Source of the DNA: Squalus acanthias
Lineage: Eukaryota
Assembly (NCBI GenBank): GCA_030390025.1
Contig: CM059433.1
Coordinates: forward strand, 17,238,001 to 17,302,000
Direction: 5' to 3'
Length of the DNA stretch: 64,000 nucleotides
Each line of letters starts with the position of its first letter. The stretch's first letter is position 1. The position numbers and the translations under genes were made by a program. The notes beneath the pieces are model-generated. The model saw only the letters and a program-made list of their open reading frames with translations. It did not search any database and was not told where the DNA came from. This document shows positions 51,301 through 61,118 of this stretch, piece after piece.

Positions 51301-52146
51301 CAATTCCACTGACCTCTACCACCACCGCCGATATCGCCAGAGTCTTCGTCAGCACCTGGGTCGCACGGTTCAGCGTCCCCTCCGACATGACGTCGGACAG
51401 AGGTTCGCAATTTACCTCTGAACTCTGGACCGCCGTCGCACGCAATTTCGGGGTGACCATTCACCGCACCACAGCGTACCACCCCCAAGCCAACGGACTG
51501 TGTGAGCGGTTCCACAGATCCTTGAAGGCATCTCTTCGAGCCAGCCTCCAGGACGGCGCCTGTCCGGACCAACTTCCGTGGGTCCTCCTCGGCCTGCGCA
51601 CCGCGGTTAAATAAGACCTCCACGCATCGGCAGCAGAGCTCGTGTACGGTCAGCCGCTGCGCGTACCCGGCGAGTTCCTGCCCACCGCCACGACACCCTG
51701 GTCAGCCGACCAGCAACGCCACGACTTCGCCTCACCGGCGCTGCAGTTCGCCCCGGTGCCCATTGCCCGACACGGCGAATCCACCTCACACGTCCCACTA
51801 AGCCTGCACCAGGCACGGTTCGTTTTCATCCGGCATGACACCCACTGTGGACCCCTTCAACCCCCGTACGACGGGCCTTACAAGGTGCTACAGGCTGGGG
51901 ACAAATTTTTCACCCTGCAAGGTGGGCGACAGGACCGAAAAAGTGTCGGTTGACCGACTCAAGCCAGCACACTCAGAGCCCGGTGAGCAGGTCCCTGTAG
52001 CTCGTCAACCTCCACGCGGCCGACCTGCCCTCAAGCCGGTTCACCCGGCTGCTCCACGCCCGGCCGTTCCACGTCCACCGGCGTCCTACAAGAGCCGCTC
52101 CGGCCGGCCCATCAGACCGCCGCACCGTCTCGTCCACACCTCCTAA
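48335..52146 (+). pseudogene. Single gag-pol polyprotein with three lesions
   Basis: Gag VKLPEFW and CYYH-x9-C-x3-C; PR LCDNGA; RT YLDD; RH TDAS; IN HHCC, D-D-E and GPY. Frameshift near 49930, TAA at 51612-51614, frameshift near 51920. Confidence 0.93.
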
Positions 52147-52155
52147 GCGGATTCT

Positions 52156-52163
52156 GGGGGGAG
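52156..52163 (+). promoter_or_regulatory. Polypurine tract
   Basis: GGGGGGAG just before the 3' LTR. Confidence 0.8.
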
Positions 52164-52166
52164 CTG

Positions 52167-52398
52167 TGTGGCGGATCGCCACCTAAACGGGCATTATCCA
52201 CTTTTCCGTCCGTGGACAATATATCGAGCACCTTGCCTTTAAGGCAGCAGAAAAGGAGTGGGCGGGGCCTCAGGATTTTTCCAGAGAATTCTGGGAGCAG
52301 TCTGTTCAGCCATTTTGGACCATGCAGTTGTATTAAAAAGCCTTTTGTTTTCCACACATGGATTCAGTCTTAATTCGTGTTTCGCGGGAGCCTCAACA
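52167..52398 (+). repeat. 3' LTR (232 bp)
   Basis: TGTGGCGG...CCTCAACA followed by the TSD GACA. Confidence 0.97.
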
Positions 52399-53812
52399 GA
52401 CAGCTTCATCTCATTCCCTCTTGCCAGAGACAAGCAGGCGGAGCGAGCACGAGGGTTTACTCGGATTGCAGGCTTCCCCATGTTGCAGGGTGTCATTGGC
52501 TGCATGTGCCTTTGCATACGCCTCATGTCAGCTCTGCCATTTTCCTGAATCGAAAGGGATTCCACTCCCTCAATGTGCAGCTGGTGTGCGACCACAGGCA
52601 GCGCATCATGCAGGCGAATGCCCGTTATCCTGGCAGTAGTCACGATTTCTTCAGTCTGCAGCAATCCTCTGCCAGTTGTATTTGAACCGCCATTGCAAAT
52701 CAAAGGGTGGCTACTGGATGACAAGGGTTGTCCACTCATGACATGGCTCATGACTCCAGTCTGGAACCCATAGATACTTGCATAGCAGGCCTATAATGAG
52801 AGCCATGCTGCCACAAGAAATATTATAGACCACACCATCGGCGTCCTCAAGCAACGCTTCTGCTGCCTGGGCTGCTCTGGAGGAGCCCTGCAGTACTCAG
52901 CTGAGCGGGTATCAAGATTTGTGGTGGTATGCTGCATGCTGCACAATCTGGCCATTAGATGGTGGTATGGGCTGCTCCCTCATATCAGGCAAGAAGCTGA
53001 GGAGCAGGAGCACGTGGAGGAGGAGGAAGAGGAGGCACAGGAAGAGGAAAGAAGGCAGCAACGTAGATGACCCCTTTCTGCCCAGGCTCTACATGATCAG
53101 ATTATTCATGAGCGATACAAGTAACCTCAACCACAACTCCCCATTCACCAACAGTCCCACACTCATTACCTTCCCTCTGTCACTGACCATCACATCGTCC
53201 TCTTTCCAACAGTGCAAAAATAAAAGCCAACACAAAATACGCATTCCGATCCAAATTTATAATTAAAATCTCTGAAAACCTTGTTGCATGCCCTCAGCCA
53301 TGGTCAGCCATCGCTGAGTCTGCCACAGCAAACTTTTTCGAATACTCTCAGTACCTCCAGCAGCTACAGTACACCTCTCCCTTAAGAGGTGCAGGCTGCC
53401 TTTAAGTAGCGCTAGGCACTCACAATATGGAGCTCCCTCCTGATGTGTGTAGCCAATGAACAGTGCGTGGAGTGCTGGCTGCACGCAGCAATCATGGAAG
53501 TGAGCAGGCAGCACGAATTTGACGTCCTGCCTGCATGGCAATCAACGAGCGCAGGGTAATCGCGCATTGCGATTCCTGCGCCCGTTTTCAGGGGTTATCC
53601 AATTTAACCGCCAACATCTGAGTAATAAAGCCAGTCTCTCAAGAGTATGGCTACAGCATTATCAAAAGATGTGTTGATGGTTATGCCACAATCACAACTG
53701 CTGTATCTTAGCTTTCTGTATCAGTCCAGAATTTCTACATAGACTGTCAACAGGGCATCTGCACAGATCATTTTTTTCCTTTTGGTACTTATTCACAAAT
53801 GGGGTTTTCCTG

Positions 53813-54258
53813 TGTTAGAAAGTAGGGGTGCCTAAAAATATGTATGATTATGTGAATGAAACTGTAACGCAAATAATCCTGTGTTTAAATGATTGTATTA
53901 GTGCTCGAGACAAGTAAGGGGTTAATGTATAAGTTGTGTTTTACTGGAACTGCGTAAGTTTTGTTTTCCTGGAGACTTGTATTAGACTTTGAGACATTGG
54001 GCTGGATTTTGTCTTGGGGTCGGGTTGGGGTCGTGTCATCCGCATTTCGTGTTACCCACCCACCTGAAATTGGATGTGGGAGATGATGTAATTTTCACTT
54101 AATTGGGCAATTGAGTTCCAGCATGTGGGAACCCATGAACCAATTAGTGGTTTCAGTCTGAAAGTCGCCTCTGATGATGTCATCATTGTAGGTCAGAGAC
54201 TGCCTGGTCTGGTCTCAGAGATTGCCTGGCTTTTGCTGTGAGAGGACCTGGATGCAAA

Positions 54259-54289
<31 letters not shown>

Positions 54290-55824
54290 ATTTTTTTTGC
54301 AACCAAGTCCTCCCAGGCAGTCTCTGAAGACATTCAATGCAGCAGCATCAGAGGCGACTTTCAGACCTAATACTACTACTACCTTCATCACAAGACTACT
54401 ACTACCTTCATCACATCTCCATTGTATTAGTGGACCTGCAGCTGATAGTCAGCTATCCACTTGTGCTCCCGCCAGGTTTCACTGGCGTGTTTCACATCAG
54501 GCGTGCTTCACATCGGAAAACGGTTAAACTAGCTAAAACGTTTCAAAATGGCATTACAGAGCAAATTTAGGGCTTGTTAAGGGCTTTAATGGCCTCTCCC
54601 GCCTCTTGGAGACGGGACGGAGTCGGGAACCCCACGACCGATTTTGTCAAAATTGCATGGAGTCAGGATGGGGTCGGGACCCCCGAATCTGCAACTTTAA
54701 CCCCCCACACGCCTCCATACCCGACTCCACGGGTCATTGAAAATCCAGCCCAAAATGTCTTCAGTTAGTTAGATTAGATGAGGCATAACATCCCACACAG
54801 GGGCCCATAGCATGATCTTGCCCTGCCAGGCTAGCTGTCTGTTGTTTGTAAGTTAGGGTTTTGACTTTGTTAATGTATCTTTAATTTGGCCAATGAAGGC
54901 CCAATCTATGCTTATTCCATTATTAATAATAACCATATTATAATGCAAAGGTAGAATTTGGAGTTTATTTAACAGAACTGCTTGCGAAGGTAATTAAAAG
55001 TTAATTAGTATAAAGGACATAGAATAGAAGGAATTTATGGGAGTTAAGGTACCATCTCAGGATGGAATAGTCTGTTAGATTAAGGGGAGATAGCTTGGAT
55101 AGTGGCTAGTTGAGCAGACAGTTCTGGCTTGGGCCTCTGATTTAATGGCCCAAAGCCGTGCCTGGTACACGCACTGCCTGCACCAGGGGGGGAAAGACAG
55201 GATGAGATAAGAGACTATTGCTTTGGAAGGAAAGGGCCGGATGAGGTAAGGGAAGACAGTCCTCAACATGCTGTAAGGCCATGATTGGTCAAGTACAGAA
55301 AGCATGTGTAATGGTTGTGAAGACACCTTGAGAGAGGGTTTTCATCGGTAAGTTTAGGCAAAGAACTCAACATGCCATTGGGCACCTTGTTTTAAGGGGA
55401 ACCTCTATAGGTTAAATGGTCTTGTCCATTATTCTACCCCAGGCCCACTCCTAAAAAGAGAATAAAAGGAAGAGCTAAAGAACTCTTAGCTCAGACAGTG
55501 GAGCGAGGAGGCTCCCAGAGTGGAAACGGTGGTCTAACACTCTTCAGAGAGTGGACCCATGCAAACCCTAGTCTAACACTCTTGGGTAGTTCAGAGAACG
55601 AGAGAGAGATATGTGAGACAAGAAGGAGGACGAATAATGAAGAGTTGTTTGCGCACACCAACCGTCTGTCCGATCGGGTCCGGTATCGGCTACTTGTCAT
55701 GGTCGTATGTTTTTGCTGTATAACTAGTGTGTTATATTCCGTCCGAAATTCCGATTAAACACAATATACCCACCATATTAGTTTGCACTTGATCCTGTTT
55801 ACCAGAGATACGCGAATCTCTACA
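53813..55824 (+). mobile_element. Long solo LTR (about 1.25 kb net) interrupted by a MITE
   Basis: TGTTAGA...TCTACA termini; 4-bp TSD CCTG at 53809-53812 and 55825-55828. Orientation tentative. Confidence 0.7.
53999..54751 (-). mobile_element. Harbinger-type MITE, inverted copy of 32066-32848
   Basis: Same 12-bp TIRs; TSD imperfect (ATT/AAA). Confidence 0.9.
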
Positions 55825-56861
55825 CCTGATGTATGTAGAAGCTCAGAGGCAGAGTTTACTTATCATTTGCTGAACCAGTGCTCACACATTGCTTGTTCAT
55901 ACTCAGACACCACTTCTTGGCTCCTAATTACCACTAGGGACAAAGTTTTGTGATCTCTGTCGTTGTTACAGTTGTCTCCAGTGTGCCACCTGATATATTC
56001 CATAGTAAAGACTAGGTATAGAAGATCATTGTGCACTATGCCTTAAGTCCTCTCTGAACAATGGAAATGCCTCCTCTAAAATGCAACTAGTCAAAGTTGA
56101 AGAATAGTCGATCAGAGTGCTAGATCGCCATCAGCTTGTAGGGAGGAGTTTCATAGTTTTCTCCTTCTTGGAAGTTTAACTCTTGTCATTTGTTTTGCGC
56201 ACAGGATTAGTTAATTTAGAGCAGTTTTTTGCAGTGCCTGTTGATCTGAATCTCCTCCTTCATTCTGTACATTATCTTCTTATGTTCTCAGGCCTCATCT
56301 GTCAAAAACAGATAACTGTTCTGTCCTTGTGACTTCTCCTCACTTCAGCTTTTGTTTTTATATACCAGCAGTGTAGAAATAATGCAATAGTTTGCATTTC
56401 TTTATTGCTCTTCATGTGCAGGAAAGCACTTCAAAGTTTTTAACATTTGGAGGGCAAAGCAACGGGTGCGAAGTCGGCAAAGTAAAGGGAAAGATCAAAA
56501 GGTGTTGAGGGGAAGCGACCAAAGGCTCAGTCAAAGAGAAGGTTTTTAAAAGCAGGCGGCAAGGTGGATGGAACTAGGTAGATAACTTCAGAGGACAGCA
56601 GCATATTAACCAAAGGCACAGGCATCAAGAGTGGAGCAGATGGTGTGAGGGGCAAGGAGAATCCCAATGTTGGAGGAATGAATGGTACACATGGGGACGT
56701 AAGGCTGGAGAAGAGCAGTAAGGTAGGATGGGGCCAGGCCATGGAGGGATTTGAAAGTGAGGCTTCCAATTTTGAAGTCGACTTGCTGTGGCATGGGAAG
56801 CCGATGGAGCTTGCAGAGGGCCGAGGTGACGGGGGACTTAGAACGGGTGAGAACACTGACT

Positions 56862-57090
56862 GTTCCCCTTTTGAACCTCCCCTTTTGTTCTTTTATTCCT
56901 TCCCCCTGCCTCCAAACTTGCTTTTTCATCTGTTTCATTTCCTGCTTTTTTTTCTCAGTTCTGACGAAGGGTCTTCGACCTGAAACGTTAACTCGGTTTC
57001 TCTCTCCACAGATGTTGCCTGGCCTGCTGAGTTTTTCCAGCGCTTTCTGTTGTTATTTCAGTTTTCCAGTATCCGCAGTATTTTGCTATT
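56862..57090 (+). mobile_element. Penelope-like 3' fragment with 12-bp TSD
   Basis: AGAACACTGACT at 56850-56861 and 57091-57102. Confidence 0.88.
56957..56993 (+). ncRNA. Minimal type I hammerhead ribozyme (PLE family A)
   Basis: AGTT-CTGACGA-A-GGGTC(ttc)GACCT-GAAA-CGTT-AACT. Confidence 0.78.
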
Positions 57091-58047
57091 AGAACACTGA
57101 CTATGATGTTTTGAATGTGGTGAAGCTTGTGGAAGGTTGAGGCAGGGAGGCTAAGAGCTTTAGTAAACAAGGTAAACTCAACCTAAACTCACCAGGCACA
57201 CCACAGTAAAGGGCAGAGTATTGAAGTTAGAGCTGTTATGTATGTTGGCAAGGTTGATGGAGGTCCACCATACACCTAATACTTGTTGTACCAGATGTAT
57301 CTGATGCTGATGATCCTTGTTTCGATTTTGTTTGTTGTTGTGTACCTCCCAGCTGTTTTAAGTTTATTTTCTGTTTCCATGCTTCTGATCTCACCCGACA
57401 AACTGCAGCTGGGATAACAGGCAGCTGATCTGTTCCCAGACATCCATGATGCTATTCTTAGCTGGCTGTGAGGAGCAGCCCAACAACAACCCAACAACAA
57501 ATCACCTTCAGTTTCTCCTCCCCATGAAGATGCCTGCCTTTGCTCAGTGACTCCCCACATAATAACCTGAAGTGAAGAAATCAGTGGAGTGAGCAATCAA
57601 ATCTGAGTTGTTTTACTCTTTGACGTATGTGATCCAGCACAGCACCCAATTATGGAAGTAAAACACCAGTCACAAGCTTCAGATGGTTAACACAAGAAAC
57701 ACAGTGATTAGCACTTTATGTTGCTAGTTTATTCATTTACTGTCGATGATCCTTGAAAAATGAAATTTATTAATTCCCCAGTAGAATATGGTTTAGGACT
57801 TTTAGCACAGTGTGCGAGTGGGAGAACTTGTTTGCAATATGCATAATGAAAAGAACTTGCTTCAGTTAGCAAAAGAACTGCATGAAAAGAGAAGAAACAG
57901 CAGACTGCAATAGAAAGACGCCACATGTATATCTTATTCAGCAGGGTATGAACTAAATATCACATTGCTTTCTCCCCCCATATCCACGTACATACACTCA
58001 CTAATAATAATGGTTCTCTTTTTTGACTCCATTAGCTGCCCACACAT

Positions 58048-58290
58048 TGAAATTGGATCGCACAGTACCTGTTTTTCAGACGAGAAACGGGCGCTGAATG
58101 GTCAATTATGCCATATTCCACTCCGGGTATTCGGCGCATGACATATTGGTTAGGGCACCCTGTAATTGCCCGGAATGCCTGCTTGAAACTGGCATTAGGC
58201 CCATTGCATATGCAAATCGGGCCCTAACACCTATTTCAGACTCCTTACTAAGTGGATGTATAATTACTCTGGATCTGAAGAGTGCCATCT
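58048..58290 (+). mobile_element. Fragment of a Harbinger-type element related to about 63440-63715
   Basis: Shared TTGCATATG(C/T)AAAT..GG.CCTAAC.CCT.TTTCAG block. Confidence 0.5.
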
Positions 58291-59460
58291 GATGGGGAAT
58301 AATTCTGTTAACACCTAAGTGGTTAAAAGGTTATGAGAATTGTATTTAGAATTTCAATCGCCTGTTTTACAGATTATCCACAGGCTTGTACAAAGGTTCG
58401 CTTTTTTTTCCCTATTTAATTTCAGGTAACAGTAAATATTGCAAGTGTACCATTGTGTTACAGAAGCCACCAACAATCCAATGCAGTTGTTTTAAATTAC
58501 GAACCTTGTTTCACTGACAAAAATAGCAGAATGTACATCTAAAATGTTTGATTCCTATATTAACTGTTCCATTATGTTTGTTCATTCACATTTACAGAAG
58601 TTTTATCAAACAATAGTTGCATATGGGTCAAATATTATGACCATTATGATCCAGAATCTCTATGCTACTTGTAAACATTGGTGCCTCCCAAGTCGTTGTG
58701 GTACTTGTTAGCCTGTCAAGTGTAAATGATGACAGAGAAGAGGGAGAGACCACATATCCTCTTGGTGGAGCTATCTGCTCAAAGCTACAAAGATATACTG
58801 TATCGAAAACCATTGATTTGTAGGAAGATATACTCAGTTGCAATGATAATGCCTTGACTTAAAATGCATGCTTGTAACTCTTGTGATTGAGCAGAAGCCT
58901 CCAAATCGAACAGTTGCAATTTTGGATCATGGCCACGAACTATCAATTAGACTCCCTTTCATTACTTGAGCTCAGTGGATGGATGCGAAATTAAACTGAG
59001 CAGCCAAGAGATCAGAATTAGGCCACTTCACCTTTCTGTGCAGGGATGTGAATTTGGAACAATTCCAGTGCTGTAGATTAGGAAAAAGCTGTTTCTTTTT
59101 TAAAGCTAAAAGTCCCTCTTCCATGTCCAGTGATTAATTTCTGATTGTCTTGTTGCAAGCATAGACCATAGGTCACAATTCTTTTGTTGAAAGACTTGTA
59201 CAATTGGACTTTCTATTAAATGTCATACTTGGCATTGCATGTGAGTATGAGTCTTGGAGAGTGCGGGCCTCCGTGTTGTTGTAAAGAAAGGAGATGATGA
59301 TGTGCCTGCTCTAAGATGATCAAGTGGAGAAAGGGCCTGTCGGTTAGGTCTGAATAAACCCAAGTGGTTCAGTTTTTAGCTCTGCCACTGCTTATAAGAC
59401 TGTGAAGCAACAGAGGTCTCTATCCATGGGAGCGGGGATAAGCACAATTGAGAGAACTTC

Positions 59461-61118
59461 TGTAAGGGTTTTGCCTTGTGTGGCTCTGTGCTCAGCCTGG
59501 GTGCTAGTGCGAGGTTAGGCCTTGTTGCCTGTTCTGGTCTCCAGCCAGTCTGGGAGCACTAGACACCTGTGAGTGGTTCGACCCACTCGCCCTTACGGTT
59601 CTGACACTGGACTTAGGTGCGAGAGCAATAATGGAGAGAAAACTCAGGTAGACCCGGTTGAATGGTACGAAATGGAAAATCTTTATTGCATATTATTCAA
59701 GATTACGAAATACATGTCATAAGCACAGATTAATGACAGTACAATCTTACACGCAGTTATGTAACTAATTTCAGGGAAACGAGGAACGAACGACACATCG
59801 TAAATGGGGGCACACATTACAGTTATCCTTAAAACTTAAACCCTCCCCTATCAATACCTGCTCTAAACTAGATTTGTAGGATCGAGACTCATGCTCACCA
59901 CTCGTGATAACTCGGAGAATTCCGAAAACTCTGCTCGGATGTTTTTACCGCAGCACCTGATCACCCACGTGTTGATCAGGGGTCTCTGTACCCCACTTGT
60001 TTACTCGTTTCTGCTCCGGCTAGCAGGCTGGACTGTCTGCTGTCATGAAGATCTGTGTTGTCCTCGGAGTTCCGACACTACTCAAAAAAGAGTCTTCCTG
60101 TGCCCTCGCCCTGATGCGATAAAACTCGAAGAATAGTCTTCCGATGCCAGTTCTGTAAAACTCAAAAGATAGTCTTCCTGGGCAAGGAAAGTGTCTATTC
60201 GACCTACAGGCGCGGTCGGGGCTTACTGACCGTGGCGATACGTATGGTCGTCTTCTTCTCTTCTCATCTCATCTCATCTCATCTCATCTCGGGCCTTCGG
60301 TTCCAACACCGTTTACCGACTTCTCGGGATGGTGTACCCGCTTCAAGGCTTCACAGCCCAGTTCCACACAGATCTTCGCGGCAAGCCACGAGGCTGATCC
60401 TGGCGGATCAGAAAGTTCGATAGTCTTTAAGAGCTGCAAGAGGCAGAGGCACGATGCAAGCGGCAAGAGGCAGGAGAATAAGAGAAAGATGGATGGTTGT
60501 AGTTTACAGTTATAGTGCTGAAACTCTTCTTTTCCCGCCCAACCTTAATGTCTTTTCTTTTGTTAGGGTTTTGGCACTCAAATTTCTTGTATAGGGTGAT
60601 CTCCGTTTTAATGGGTTTCGGGGATACTCGTAACTGTATGAGTACCTGTTAATACTTTTCCCAATGTGTAACCGGTCGGTATTCTCCCTGGAGGGGTTTT
60701 GGGGCTTCCAAAAATGTTTTCTGTAACTACCCGCAAACGGCTCTCATCGTAGAGTCGTGGGGATTTTGCATATTAATGTCTTTGGATGGGTTCTTGATCA
60801 CTTGGTACAATAGCCCTTTATTCGCACCTGGGAGACCGATTCCAGTATTTATGTGTATACTGCAAACCCATAATGTCTTGTGTATTATCTCAAATGTGCT
60901 GAGTCTTGATCGATCTCGCACAAATGTTTATTGGAACGCCATCTTGTCTGCTTATCGAAAAGTCTAGAATGTTCTGCCACGAGGCGTGGCGGCCATTTTA
61001 CAGGCTGCTTGTGTCCACTTTGAAAACCTGACAGCATTCTGCTGAAATAAAGCTGTTTGAACGAAACTATGTGTTTTCTCCTTATTTATAAAATCGCGAT
61101 TATATTGCGAATTCTACA
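59461..61118 (-). mobile_element. Very long solo LTR (1658 bp)
   Basis: TGTAAG...CTACA termini; 4-bp TSD CTTC at 59457-59460 and 61119-61122; AATAAA on the minus strand at 59682-59687. Confidence 0.75.

Larger units (their letters stand above)
48047..52398 (+). mobile_element. Full-length Ty3/Gypsy LTR retrotransposon, CsRn1-like
   Basis: LTRs 48047-48294 and 52167-52398 (TG...CA), TSD GACA, PBS, PPT, domain order PR-RT-RH-IN, no env. Confidence 0.97.
47186..53124 (+). pseudogene. Harbinger/PIF DDE transposase (HARBI1-family) pseudogene in pieces
   Basis: RRPYPQMVFR, IAGFPMLQGVIGC, NRKGFHSLNVQLVCD, YPGSSHD, WLLDDKGCPL..WLMTP, GVLKQRF, CCMLHNLA; stops, frameshifts and altered catalytic positions. 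Confidence 0.9.
46560..53612 (+). mobile_element. Harbinger DNA transposon carrying nested insertions (ends approximate)
   Basis: GCTATTTAAAG promoter-like box at 46861, transposase remnants, right end CCAATTTAACCGCC. Confidence 0.75.
56480..57240 (-). mobile_element. Old L2 fragment interrupted by a PLE
   Basis: LHRLPMPQQVDFKIGSLTFKSLHGLAPSYL. Confidence 0.8.

Noticed and set aside
48447..51816. Overlapping and antisense ORFs in the Gypsy interior, and the last approximately 110 aa of the 642-aa ORF
   Set aside because: Expected in GC-rich coding DNA; the tail is out-of-frame read-through after the lesion near 49930.
47186..53124. Domesticated host HARBI1 gene
   Set aside because: Stops, frameshifts, nested TEs and transposon ends indicate a dead transposon copy.
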